Part shown: in pieces, positions 1 through 9,554 of the stretch
How positions within the stretch are numbered: the first letter of the stretch is position 1
How the letters are laid out: every line of letters begins with the position of its first letter
Sequence record: NZ_CP040393.1
Source of the DNA: a plasmid
DNA length: 64,000 nucleotides
Strand: one strand, 5' to 3'
Notes under the pieces: generated by a model
Told to the model about the DNA's origin: nothing
What the model saw: only the letters and a program-made list of their open reading frames with translations
The model's database searches: none
Position numbers and translations under genes: made by a program

Positions 1-1
1 A

Positions 2-295
2 ATGGCGAAAAAACCGCTGGCCAGACCCAGCATAGAGAAACCGGCCGCAGCAGAAAATGGTGAACGCCAGAAACTGACGAACCTGAGTGTGACCAAAAAA
101 CGGACCACATCCGAAACACCAAAAACGGTTCGTATGACCGCTGCCGAGAAAATGATGGCACAGGAACTGGTCGAGCAGATCCAGGCGCTGACCAGTAAAA
201 ACATAACCGTCTCAACACTTCTTCGGGCTGGCCTTTATCTGGCGCAGAATTCAGGGCCTGAAAAAGTATTAAAAATAATTAAAGAAAACATATAG
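2..295 (+). CDS. C-terminal fragment of a protein truncated by the window start (97 aa visible); function unknown
   Basis: The ORF runs from the window edge to a stop at 295. It is followed by an AT-rich hairpin terminator. No motif recognised. Confidence 0.3.
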   Translation: MAKKPLARPSIEKPAAAENGERQKLTNLSVTKKRTTSETPKTVRMTAAEKMMAQELVEQIQALTSKNITVSTLLRAGLYLAQNSGPEKVLKIIKENI

Positions 296-333
296 TTAAT
301 ATTTGTGTATCTGGTTATTGTCTGAAAATACCT

Positions 334-365
334 CAAAAAAAAGCTCTTCAATTGAAGAGCTTTTT
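334..365. terminator. Bidirectional rho-independent terminator-like hairpin
   Basis: aaaaaaaagctcttcaattgaagagcttttt is a perfect stem flanked by A- and T-runs. It lies between convergent ORFs ending at 295 and 378. Confidence 0.6.
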
Positions 366-377
366 AACTAATCATTA

Positions 378-1031
378 TTATTTTACTTTATGAGTTAGTC
401 TGCGATTTCTGACAAGCTTTGGTAAGGTTTTCGTATTGTCAGGTTTCAGCATCATTGGAAAAACAGCATAACCTGTTTTACCGAGTTCATCATGAACGGC
501 CACAATTGTAGCTTTAATTCTGTTTACGTATAAATCACGGACAGAAAGATTATTGCCTCTAAAAGGACTGACTTCATAGTCCTGTTCTTTTACATTTGTA
601 ATATCAACTAGCTTCATGTTATCAGAAACGTAGTGAAATTCATTAATCAAATGGTATGGTAAAGCATCGCCTGACGAAATATCGTAAGCAGACGATGATT
701 TTTTCCCGTGTTCTTTCAGACAGGATAACTTTGTTTTCAAGATATCATTGGATTTAATAATATTATCCATATGAACTACAAGATTAACAAGCTCAGCCTT
801 GCTCGGTTCTGGATATTTTACCCAACATTTGACAGCTTCGCGCCTCCCGGCGTCAGAAACTTTAATGGAGGGTCTATCCTCAGGACCAAAAACGGCCAGC
901 GTAAGATCACGAGCAGCACTGTCAGCAGCTCTATCAAGTATGGCCTTACCTTCTTCGGTCAGGCTGCCTCCGAACAGATCCCTCAGAGACTTCACTTTTT
1001 TCTGAGCTAAATCTTGATTATTCAGCGACAT
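378..1031 (-). CDS. Hypothetical protein (217 aa), second gene of an AT-rich two-gene module
   Basis: Long ORF in a ~33% GC segment, 30 bp downstream of the kinase-like gene on the same strand. No recognisable motif. Confidence 0.5.
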   Translation of the reverse strand: MSLNNQDLAQKKVKSLRDLFGGSLTEEGKAILDRAADSAARDLTLAVFGPEDRPSIKVSDAGRREAVKCWVKYPEPSKAELVNLVVHMDNIIKSNDILKTKLSCLKEHGKKSSSAYDISSGDALPYHLINEFHYVSDNMKLVDITNVKEQDYEVSPFRGNNLSVRDLYVNRIKATIVAVHDELGKTGYAVFPMMLKPDNTKTLPKLVRNRRLTHKVK

Positions 1032-1060
1032 AAATACCTCCCGTCCAGTTCATAGTATAA

Positions 1061-1807
1061 TTATACAGCAATCCTGGCCAAATCTGAAGCCGAGTACTGA
1101 AATGGCACAAGCGTGTCAAGGGTGGAGGCAGCGATATTTTCAATTATCTCTTTAGAGAACCTGTCCTGCCCATGAATTTCTGAATATATAAAAGCACGAC
1201 AGCGCAACGCTTTACCCTGAAATTCAGGGTGACTCAGCACGGCTTTAATGGTCTGCCTGACACTGAAAAAGTTAGTGCAGAAGACATGTGGAAGTATTTT
1301 TCTGTCACGGTTCTGCGCATGTTTCCATGCAGATACGGGATCAAGATACACATAATTAATCTGAACTGCATATCCTTTTTTCAGTGCCCTGGAAACATTC
1401 CTGATGGCTGTTTCCTCATGCGCAAAATTTGTGTCGTGTATAATATCAAATTTGCCTTTTATTGCCTTATCAAAACAATGTGACAGGATGCCAGTACACG
1501 CTTTCTGGTAATCATGAGCATTTTCGCCATTATAATACGGGAAAAGTACTCTGAACTGGTCAGGGTCAATATGTACTGCATTAGGGAATTCCTCTAATAT
1601 CACCTTTACTGTTTCGCTTTTACCACATGCTGGCGCACCGGCAGTAAACATTATTACTGGTTCACCGGTGCTAACCTTATTAGCAGTCAGCGCATTAAAA
1701 ACATCGTCTTTAATATAAGCTGCGACGTCTAAGGAAAGATTTTTTATTTCTTCTTTTTTGTTATTTATTATTTTATCTAATAAAACCTTATACTGGCTGG
1801 AGTCCAT
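1061..1807 (-). CDS. P-loop NTPase/kinase, zeta-toxin / AAA_33-like (248 aa)
   Basis: Walker A motif FTAGAPACGKSE at ~residue 55. Walker B-like hhhhD follows (DIIHDTNF). The size and layout match zeta/PezT-type small-molecule kinases. The region has low GC. Confidence 0.55.
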   Translation of the reverse strand: MDSSQYKVLLDKIINNKKEEIKNLSLDVAAYIKDDVFNALTANKVSTGEPVIMFTAGAPACGKSETVKVILEEFPNAVHIDPDQFRVLFPYYNGENAHDYQKACTGILSHCFDKAIKGKFDIIHDTNFAHEETAIRNVSRALKKGYAVQINYVYLDPVSAWKHAQNRDRKILPHVFCTNFFSVRQTIKAVLSHPEFQGKALRCRAFIYSEIHGQDRFSKEIIENIAASTLDTLVPFQYSASDLARIAV

Positions 1808-2269
1808 ATCTCTGATTCACCTTATAAGGAGCATTCGATAAGTCTAACACAGGTCCTGGTATGACTTCATCTCTTCAGCTGACAGCGCACAGGTTCTATA
1901 GTGCACTGATCCATCTTTCCGTTTTCTGTTATTTCCGGCAACCGGGTCGTGCTCGCGTTTTTTCGCGCCGGGCCACTACATCTTGTGCCTTCTCCTCCCC
2001 GTTTACACTTCATCCAGGCAAAAAGGATCCCGGGCGGATCCTTTTCCGATCCCCCTGCCAAAAAACTTCTTTCCGTTTTATGGTATATTTCCGGAAACCG
2101 GAAATTCAGCGCGCACCGCTCAGCGGGTTTTTTCAGTGGCAGCCGGACGCCGGAGTGGCGAAAATAACGCCATACCGTAACCAGATTGCGCTACGTGAAA
2201 AACAGACCGGCGGCAGGGGGATTTCCCGCCAGATTTCACGCAGCGTCATCTTCCCAGTAGTGAGGGTTA

Positions 2270-3046
2270 ATGAATCAGCTGACAGTCCATTCTGCCCACC
2301 CCGCACACGCGGGTGATCCCTTCCCTGCCCCGTTCGATTACGGGCGGGCACTGGCGCTGCGCGAAATGGCGCGGCACTACACGGACCTGCCCCGCTACCT
2401 GCTGGCGCCGGAAATTGCAGCCCTGCTTCACTACCTTCCTGACTGGAGTCAGCACGCCCTGATTAACACCCTCTGGAACACCGGCGGGCGCATCAACGAA
2501 GTGCTGGCGCTGCGCCGGCGTGACTTCCACCTTAATGATGACATTCCGCATGTGGTGATCCGCACGGCCAAGCAGAGACGTGCCGGTGGCGGGCGCCCGA
2601 AGAAAGGCAAAAGCGCCAACCGCGTTGTCCCGCTCTCCGATCCGGTTTACGTGGACGAAATGCGCCGGCTGTTCGCCAGCACGAAAGAGCGTTTTGAGGA
2701 TGACGTCGTTACCGGTGAGCGCCGCGCACTGCCGGTGTGGGGGGTCTCCGATCGTACCGTGCGCAACTGGCTGAACCGCGCGGTCGATGCCGCCGGACGC
2801 GACGGGGTGTTCTTCAGCACCGAGATTTCGCCGCACAGTTTCCGGCACAGTTTTGCCATGCACCTTCTCTATGGTCATGTGCACCCGAAGATCCTGCAGG
2901 GACTGATGGGACATGAAAAATTTGAGTCGACCGAAATTTATCTGCGCATTTTTGCGCTGGACGTGGCCGCCGGTCAGCAGGTCCGGTTTACACTGGAGGC
3001 TTCCGCTGCCGTCGCGCTGCTGCGTAACCGCCCTTCTTCCCAGTAA
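2270..3046 (+). CDS. Tyrosine site-specific recombinase, ResD-like plasmid resolvase (258 aa)
   Basis: C-terminal catalytic signature HSFRHSFAMHLL...GH...TEIYL (R..H..R..Y). It sits next to the RepFIA replicon as resD does in F. An RBS is present. Confidence 0.8.
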   Translation: MNQLTVHSAHPAHAGDPFPAPFDYGRALALREMARHYTDLPRYLLAPEIAALLHYLPDWSQHALINTLWNTGGRINEVLALRRRDFHLNDDIPHVVIRTAKQRRAGGGRPKKGKSANRVVPLSDPVYVDEMRRLFASTKERFEDDVVTGERRALPVWGVSDRTVRNWLNRAVDAAGRDGVFFSTEISPHSFRHSFAMHLLYGHVHPKILQGLMGHEKFESTEIYLRIFALDVAAGQQVRFTLEASAAVALLRNRPSSQ

Positions 3047-3066
3047 AGTTGGCTCAAGGAGTATTT

Positions 3067-4299
3067 ATGTCCACCTGGACCGGTATTGATGTCGGGGAAT
3101 TTTCCCTCCACGAAGTGCAGAATAACTGTGATACCTGGTTTTTCCTGCCCAAAGACCGGGTCAGGGAAATAAATCATGACGGCAGCAGGCAAATAATTCC
3201 TGAAGGGTCCTTTATTGGCTACCGGGCGACGGTCGGCCAGATCCGCCGACGCATGGCCCTGCAGGGCTATGATATGACCACACTGGAAATTCACTTTACT
3301 GACCAGCTTGAAATTGCCGTTGCCAGTCTGCAGTCTCAGCTGGACGAGGCTTTGTCACTGAACGGAACGGACTCCTATTACGGGAAAATTACCCCTTATC
3401 TGGAAAAAATGCGCGATGCCATTACCGGCACCACTCTCAGGGACTGGCTGAAAATGCTTCACTTAGCCAGGTCATGGCCAGATGGTGGATTTGGGGAGCA
3501 ACGCTGGCGCGAAACAGAATCGCCTCTTCTCTCGGCGATGATAAGTAGACCTTTCTTCGATTCTCCGTACCGTTCAGATGGATGTTATAACTTCCCGTGC
3601 AGCGACGAATGCTTTTATGACCTGGCGGTTCTCAGCCTCTACAGTGACGACACCCCGTGCGAACTGGACATCACAGAGCTGGTGCTGAACGAATATGTGG
3701 AGGACTTTCATGACCTGGAAGAAATCAGTGCCAGTGCGACGCGCCCCTGCCGAAGCGTAATGGCCTCCCTCGATGACTTTAAATCGCTCTCCGACAGCGC
3801 CCCCCGGAATCTGGCTCTTCAGCGAATGTGTTACTCGAGCATCATTACCGCCCTGGAAGCTTATCTGTCTGACATTATGAAACGCTCTGTCAAGGAGAAT
3901 GCCGTTAAACGCAGGTTCGTTGAACGGTACAAACCTTTTAAGAATGATACCAAGCTGGATCTCTCCAGCCTGTTCATTACGCTCGATAAGATAGACAGAC
4001 TGATTGCCAATGCTCTGGATTCGATTCTGTATCATGACCTTGAAAAGGTCAGAGGAATTTTTAAAGATGTTTTACTGGTTTCTTTTCCGGAGCAAAATCG
4101 CTCGTTTCTGAACCGTGCGGTCCAGCTGCGTCACGATATTGTTCACCGCAACGGCAGAAACACCGCCGGTAAAGAGGTTCCCGTTGGGCATCAGGACGTC
4201 ATTCAGCTCGATAAGGCAGTCCGTGAGTTCATCGCTTCTGTTGATGGTCAGATCCTTGATAGTTTGAGGTTGCCGGACGCAGAGAATACACAGGGATGA
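3067..4299 (+). CDS. HEPN-motif protein (410 aa from the ATG with a perfect SD; the ORF is open from 3049)
   Basis: aaggag is 6 nt upstream of the ATG at 3067, immediately after the recombinase stop. A C-terminal R-x4-H motif (LRHDIVHRNGRN) sits in a helical context typical of HEPN RNase domains. The N-terminal 300 aa are unassigned. Confidence 0.55.
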   Translation: MSTWTGIDVGEFSLHEVQNNCDTWFFLPKDRVREINHDGSRQIIPEGSFIGYRATVGQIRRRMALQGYDMTTLEIHFTDQLEIAVASLQSQLDEALSLNGTDSYYGKITPYLEKMRDAITGTTLRDWLKMLHLARSWPDGGFGEQRWRETESPLLSAMISRPFFDSPYRSDGCYNFPCSDECFYDLAVLSLYSDDTPCELDITELVLNEYVEDFHDLEEISASATRPCRSVMASLDDFKSLSDSAPRNLALQRMCYSSIITALEAYLSDIMKRSVKENAVKRRFVERYKPFKNDTKLDLSSLFITLDKIDRLIANALDSILYHDLEKVRGIFKDVLLVSFPEQNRSFLNRAVQLRHDIVHRNGRNTAGKEVPVGHQDVIQLDKAVREFIASVDGQILDSLRLPDAENTQG

Positions 4300-4414
4300 C
4301 AAAAGAATTCCACACGTAATACATTTAGAATACAAATAGATTACTTGTGTGTTCGTAAAATATTCTGTGAGCCGCTCTATCCCTGTTAATTACAGATTGA
4401 TTACGGCATAAAGA

Positions 4415-5515
4415 TTGGATTGGAATATGAATGATAATAATGAGGACGATTGCCAGGCACCGGAACTGTCTCCTGAAGTCGTGACGCTGATAAACAATGG
4501 CATGGCCTTTCTGGAAAAGGCCATCAGTGAGGTAAAGACCGCGCCTAAGTTTTCAGTCGTCAGTTTCTGGACGGCAGTGGAAATCATGCTGAAAGTGCCG
4601 CTGGCACAGGAGCACTGGACGCTCGTCTGCAGCGGCCGGAATATCAGGCGCAAAGCCTATCTGACCGGCGATTTTCAGTCGATCACCTTCCAGGAGTCCT
4701 GTGAAAAGCTCCGGGATGTTCTGGAAAAGCCGGTTCCTCAGTCAACCCTTACTGCATTTGATGTTGTACGCAAACACCGCAACCGTGTAGTGCATTTCTT
4801 TCATGATGCTTATACCAAGGAAGATATGAACAAACTTCTGACAGAGCAGGCCAACGCCTGGTTTGCCCTGAACCGGCTGATGCGGGATGACTGGAAAGAC
4901 CTTTTCGAGGGGGCGCTTGGAAATCTTCTGGCCATGAATGAAACACGCCTGCTGACACAGAATAAATTCTATGCCGCGAAGAAGTTCGAGCAAATTAAAG
5001 ACGACATCAAGGCATACCGGGAAAATGGCGACCGCATAACAAGATGTTCTGTCTGTAAACAGCGGGCTGTAGTCTGGGAGACAATAGCTGAGCATGATGA
5101 TCGTGAGCTTAAATCAGGAAAATGCCGAGTTTGTACTGTTTCTTTAGATCGAACACTGACTTTTGCCTGCCCGGAGTGCGGTAAACCCCAAACTATAGGT
5201 CCCGATTGTGATGCAACCTTCCAGTGCTCAGCGTGCGGTCACCCAGATAATCTCTACAATCTACTCGATACCTCCTCCTACAGTTTCGACGATATTGCCA
5301 CTTCATATGTCCCTGCAGGATGCTGTGAATGTGATAGTTATGATGCTGTCTGCGAATTTGGTGACGGTTTCCTTTGCACTTCCTGCCTGGCATATTTCGA
5401 TGAACTGGAGCAGTGCGGATACTGCAGCTATTACAGCAGTGAGGTTCGTGAATTCAGCTCGATGGGTGGATGCAACTTCTGTGATGGGCACCGGGAAGCA
5501 TGGGATGATGATTAA
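4415..5515 (+). CDS. HEPN-motif protein fused to four CxxC zinc-ribbon pairs (366 aa)
   Basis: R-N-x3-H motif (VRKHRNRVVHFFHD) at ~residue 120. The C-terminal ~160 aa contain eight CxxC pairs (CSVC, CRVC, CPEC, CSAC, CCEC, CTSC, CGYC, CNFC). Confidence 0.55.
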   Translation: MDWNMNDNNEDDCQAPELSPEVVTLINNGMAFLEKAISEVKTAPKFSVVSFWTAVEIMLKVPLAQEHWTLVCSGRNIRRKAYLTGDFQSITFQESCEKLRDVLEKPVPQSTLTAFDVVRKHRNRVVHFFHDAYTKEDMNKLLTEQANAWFALNRLMRDDWKDLFEGALGNLLAMNETRLLTQNKFYAAKKFEQIKDDIKAYRENGDRITRCSVCKQRAVVWETIAEHDDRELKSGKCRVCTVSLDRTLTFACPECGKPQTIGPDCDATFQCSACGHPDNLYNLLDTSSYSFDDIATSYVPAGCCECDSYDAVCEFGDGFLCTSCLAYFDELEQCGYCSYYSSEVREFSSMGGCNFCDGHREAWDDD

Positions 5516-5667
5516 TTATTAAGCCAAAACTTCAGCTGATATCTGGGGTGGGTTCGACTACAAAAGAATTACATATGAATTACTTTTGTATTTCAAAAGC
5601 AATCTTTTCTTGAATCGCCACGGGTTTAACAGACACCTCGGAGTCATTTAAGATGACTTAAAGAGAG

Positions 5668-6090
5668 GTGCCTATGAGCGGTAAGCGTTATCCCGAAGAG
5701 TTTAAAATTGAAGCAGTCAAACAGGTTGTTGATCGTGGTTATTCTGTTTCCAGCGTTGCAACACGTCTTGATATCACCACCCACAGCCTTTACGCCTGGA
5801 TAAAGAAGTACGGTCCGGATTCTTCCACTAATAAAGAACAGTCAGATGCTCAGGCTGAGATCCGCCGTCTCCAGAAAGAGCTGAAGCGGGTTACCGACGA
5901 ACGGGACATATTAAAAAAAGCCGCGGCGTACTTCGCAAAGCTGTCCGACGGAGGTACGCCTTTATCCGTGACAACACCTGTTGCTGGCCTGTTCGCCTGC
6001 TCTGTCGGGTGCTGGATGTTCATCCCAGTGGCTTTTACTCCTGGCTTCAGCAGCCGCATTCACAACGCCATCAGGCAGACCGGAGACTGA
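5668..6090 (+). CDS. IS3-family transposase OrfA (HTH)
   Basis: N-terminal HTH, leucine-zipper region, and the slippery site ttaaaaaaag near its 3' end. Confidence 0.8.
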   Translation: MPMSGKRYPEEFKIEAVKQVVDRGYSVSSVATRLDITTHSLYAWIKKYGPDSSTNKEQSDAQAEIRRLQKELKRVTDERDILKKAAAYFAKLSDGGTPLSVTTPVAGLFACSVGCWMFIPVAFTPGFSSRIHNAIRQTGD

Positions 6091-6821
6091 CAGGACAGAT
6101 TAAACAGTTCTGGCTGGAGTCGGGATGCGTCTATGGTTATCGCAAGATCCATCTGGATCTGCGGGACAGCGGGCAACAGTGCGGAGTCAACAGAGTCTGG
6201 CGACTGATGAAACGTGCCGGGATAAAGGCTCAGGTCGGATACCGGAGCCCGCGGGCACGTAAAGGCGAGGCCAGTATCGTGTCGCCCAACAGGCTCCAGC
6301 GACAGTTCAATCCGGATGCTCCGGATGAGCGTTGGGTAACGGACATCACCTACATCAGGACCCACGAAGGCTGGCTGTATCCTGCCGTGGTTGTTGATCT
6401 GTTCTCACGCAAAATTATCGGCTGGTCAATGCAATCCCGGATGACAAAGGACATTGTCCTGAACGCATTGCTGATGGCTGTATGGCGGCGTAATCCCCAA
6501 AAACAGGTGCTGGTTCACTCTGATCAGGGCAGTCAGTACACAAGCCATGAGTGGCAGTCGTTCCTGAAATCACACGGTCTGGAGGGCAGCATGAGCCGTC
6601 GCGGTAACTGCCACGATAATGCGGTTGCAGAAAGCTTTTTCCAGTTGCTGAAGCGTGAACGGATAAAGAAAAAGATCTATGGAACGCGGGAAGAAGCCCG
6701 CAGCGATATTTTTGATTACATCGAAATGTTTTATAACAGTAAGCGTCGGCATGGTTCGAGTGATCAGATGCCACCGACGGAATATGAAAATCAATATTAT
6801 CGACGGCTCAGAAGTGTCTAG
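6009..6821 (+). CDS. IS3-family transposase OrfB (DDE/rve core), expressed by a -1 frameshift fusion with OrfA
   Basis: Motifs ERWVTDITYIRT...VHSDQGSQYTS...NAVAESFF are typical of IS3-group OrfB proteins. Confidence 0.85.
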   Translation: MLDVHPSGFYSWLQQPHSQRHQADRRLTGQIKQFWLESGCVYGYRKIHLDLRDSGQQCGVNRVWRLMKRAGIKAQVGYRSPRARKGEASIVSPNRLQRQFNPDAPDERWVTDITYIRTHEGWLYPAVVVDLFSRKIIGWSMQSRMTKDIVLNALLMAVWRRNPQKQVLVHSDQGSQYTSHEWQSFLKSHGLEGSMSRRGNCHDNAVAESFFQLLKRERIKKKIYGTREEARSDIFDYIEMFYNSKRRHGSSDQMPPTEYENQYYRRLRSV

Positions 6822-7051
6822 ATTATCCGTGGCGATTCATCTTACGCACCAACTCAGATCGCCAAACACATTGTGATTGATGTCATGTATTCATTATGTA
6901 TTACATTAAAAATACAAAGATAGTACATGTGTAATTCAGAAAAAACGATAATATTTCTCATCGTTCTGTATCGACAAAAAGTAAGTAAACATACAAAAGA
7001 CTACTTCTGTATTACATATGTATTCAAAAATAATGCCTTAAGGAGCCAGTT

Positions 7052-8419
7052 ATGGAGATGGTTCGCAAAAATGCCCCGAGGGGGCTTCATGTACGTGATC
7101 TTACGTCCGATGAACGCAGGGCGGTCTTTAATGTGTTCGGCGGCGGCAAGCATAGTACCGCGAAGGAAAAAAAATTAGCGGCCGATATTTTGCTGGAAAT
7201 GGACAGACGAGATCTACTGCTTGCCTGTGACTGCATTAGCGGTGAATCACGGCCGTACAACAGTGAGGTTGAAAAGTCCTTCATTCGGCATCTCAAAACA
7301 TCGGCGCGGCATGAAAAAGGGTGCCCTCTTTACCATGTTAAAAAACCGGGCAAAAACCCGGGCGGCGATGACAACAGGAACGGTCAAATTGCACCCCTGG
7401 TTCCTGCAGGGCCGGACGAGTTGTTCACGCGTAAAACGTCCCCCGGTCAGGTGGGTGGTGGGGGGAGTGAAGAGGGGAGGCGTCACCGGAAAAAACTGAA
7501 ACCCGTTCCAGCCCTTGGACGGATAATGATGACCATTCTTGAAAGTTCGGGCATCAATAAAACAAGTATCCTGCCGGTAATTCCTCCCCCAGGCCTCACA
7601 GCTTCTCTGCAGGTTGTCTCACACTTCCTCGACTCATGGTTGCTCATCAATGGCCTGCCTGCCTCTCAATTTATAACCACGAAACCCTGGCAGACTGACC
7701 GCGAGCGCAAACACATACTGAACACAATCAAAAACAGTGGCCAGACATGGGGAAAAAATCGTGAACTCTGTACGGCCATGATCGGACTGGCCGGAAAAGT
7801 CACCCAGACTGACGTGACGTTCATGGTTAAAGGAACGCCTTACACATTTTCCCCGCTCGGTCGCACAAAAATATTCGGGGAAGGACTGCTCAGCGCCGGT
7901 ACGCGTGAACCTTACTGGGTGATACTGCGGTTTCGACAGGATGAATATGGGGAGGTTTACTGCGCTGAGGGTTATGCGCATCCCGCTTTCGATATGAATC
8001 TTCCGATCCCGGTCGACAGCGAAAAAGAACGGGCAACATTGAGGACGATACGCAAAGCAGCAAAATATGTATCGGAGCAGAGCGACCATCCTCCCAGTAT
8101 CAGTCTGGTTAAACCCCTTTTCACCGAAACAACAGAGATTGAGGGGAGCAAAGAGGAAGTGCATCCTGATTTTCTGCTGACGCTCAGGACTGACGAGTCT
8201 GGTAAAGAAATACCGTTAGTCATAGAGACGATGGGCTACGACTCTGAAGAATATGTGGAACGAAAAAGTGGCACACACAGGGCAATGAAAACCCTGGGGG
8301 CACTTCTGACCGATCCGCATGGCTTTCCGGCAAAGTCAGATACAACCTTCTATAGCCATCTTCTGAGCTGGTTTTTTAACCCATTAAAAAACATACAGTC
8401 GTCGGGAGGTCAAAAATGA
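7052..8419 (+). CDS. Hypothetical protein (455 aa), third gene of the HEPN island
   Basis: aaggag RBS. A glycine-rich linker (GQVGGGGSEEG) separates two halves. The C-terminal part has a weak PD...E-like pattern (PDFLLTL..PLVIETMGYD), which is not conclusive. Confidence 0.5.
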   Translation: MEMVRKNAPRGLHVRDLTSDERRAVFNVFGGGKHSTAKEKKLAADILLEMDRRDLLLACDCISGESRPYNSEVEKSFIRHLKTSARHEKGCPLYHVKKPGKNPGGDDNRNGQIAPLVPAGPDELFTRKTSPGQVGGGGSEEGRRHRKKLKPVPALGRIMMTILESSGINKTSILPVIPPPGLTASLQVVSHFLDSWLLINGLPASQFITTKPWQTDRERKHILNTIKNSGQTWGKNRELCTAMIGLAGKVTQTDVTFMVKGTPYTFSPLGRTKIFGEGLLSAGTREPYWVILRFRQDEYGEVYCAEGYAHPAFDMNLPIPVDSEKERATLRTIRKAAKYVSEQSDHPPSISLVKPLFTETTEIEGSKEEVHPDFLLTLRTDESGKEIPLVIETMGYDSEEYVERKSGTHRAMKTLGALLTDPHGFPAKSDTTFYSHLLSWFFNPLKNIQSSGGQK

Positions 8420-8454
8420 ATGATGGCAGCGCAGATACACGGCTCTTTAAACCC

Positions 8455-8790
8455 AAAGGGTAACTGTGACAAATAACCCTCAAATGCTCCCGGTCATGGA
8501 AGCGTGACAAACAGCCCTTAATCTTTATTCCATGCAACTATGGCAGACCAATGCTTTGTCTGGCGCTTGTTCAAAGGGTAATTTGTCACAAACAGGTGAG
8601 TCTGGTTGCAGCAAGTGTGACAAATAGCCCTCGACATCATTCGCAGAGTGACAAATCACCCTCAACATTTTCTGATGCCGTGACAAATTACCCCGAAGCA
8701 GGCAGGTAGTGCGCCAGTCCGCATCGAAAACAATCAGTTACTGGTGACAATCTGCCCTCAAATATGTGACAAACTGCCCTCAACATTTGG
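8455..8790. repeat. RepFIA incC-type iteron array (about 8 copies of the TGTGACAAAT-N-GCCCT motif)
   Basis: Repeated gtgacaaat(a/c/t)(a/g)ccct(c/t)aa units spaced ~30-45 bp apart, downstream of repE. Confidence 0.75.
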
Positions 8791-8795
8791 ATGCA

Positions 8796-9542
8796 TTAAA
8801 CTGCAGATACGTCACTGAAAGAAAAGACAATGTGCGACGTCTGTCGTCCTTTCTTCTTCTCAATATACGAAAGACGCATGGGAGTCCGGCTGTTAATTTC
8901 ATCAACGGAGGCCTGCAGGAAACGGCGGCGAAAATCCGGCATGCGCTGGTAACTCTGCGGAAGCTGGTATCGCTCCATCAGCCAGTCTACGCGAAGGGAC
9001 ACCACCCCCGAACCGTCAGGTTTACGATACTGACAAAGTGATTCATACAGACGCATCGCATAGGGATTGGTGATCTCTTTCGTTTCGCTCAGACGGAACT
9101 GCGTAAAGCGGTTCTGAAGACCTATGAAGAACGGAATGAGATAAGGGTTGATATGTACGCTGTAAACGCCTCTGGCGGGGCTGTGGGCGCGTTTGATGAA
9201 CCAGGGATAGGTTTCATAACCTTTCTCATCCCCGGAGTCTTCTTCAGGGCGATAGAAGACCACCTCTTTACCGGTAAACCCTTTAAGGGCCTGGCGAATA
9301 TCTTTACTCGCCTCAGCTGAGGTGAGGCCGAACGTTGAGGCATACTGGGCTACATGAATTTCGCAGATCCCGTCATGTTCCTGCAGAGTGCCATCGCTTT
9401 TTCGGATCTGGTCAACAAATAAATACAGCATACGCTTCTGATCACGGGAAAGACTGTATGCAGCTTCCGTCAGTTCGTTCGACTGAACAATTCGTGGACT
9501 GTTCTTGCGTTTTGGCTGATTGATCAGGGCTGTTTCGGTCAT
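8796..9542 (-). CDS. repE: Replication initiator RepE (RepFIA)
   Basis: The 248-aa protein is near-identical in motif content to F RepE ([38 protein letters not shown]...). It is flanked by iterons on both sides. Confidence 0.9.
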   Translation of the reverse strand: MTETALINQPKRKNSPRIVQSNELTEAAYSLSRDQKRMLYLFVDQIRKSDGTLQEHDGICEIHVAQYASTFGLTSAEASKDIRQALKGFTGKEVVFYRPEEDSGDEKGYETYPWFIKRAHSPARGVYSVHINPYLIPFFIGLQNRFTQFRLSETKEITNPYAMRLYESLCQYRKPDGSGVVSLRVDWLMERYQLPQSYQRMPDFRRRFLQASVDEINSRTPMRLSYIEKKKGRQTSHIVFSFSDVSAV

Positions 9543-9554
9543 GACCTTTCCATG

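Larger units (their letters stand above)
5611..6839 (+). mobile_element. IS3-family insertion sequence (IS3 group), 1229 bp, with a 3-bp target duplication
   Basis: Terminal inverted repeats tgaatcgccacgg / ccgtggcgattca. A flanking TCT direct repeat lies at 5608-5610 and 6840-6842. orfA and orfB overlap with an A6G slippery site. Confidence 0.85.

Noticed and set aside
1861-2351. Several overlapping ORFs upstream of the recombinase gene
   Set aside because: They are GC-rich, mutually overlapping, and have R/P/G-rich translations. This is more likely a non-coding region containing the recombinase promoter and resolution site than a set of genes.
2267-2914. 215-aa ORF antisense to the ResD-like recombinase gene
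   Set aside because: It is fully embedded antisense in a gene with strong catalytic motifs. Its composition is R/G/A-rich, so it is a shadow ORF.
4300-7051. Possibility that the recurring operator-like motif is a LexA or Fur box
   Set aside because: None of the copies has the CTGT-N8-ACAG spacing or the GATAAT hexamer repeats. It remains an unassigned motif.
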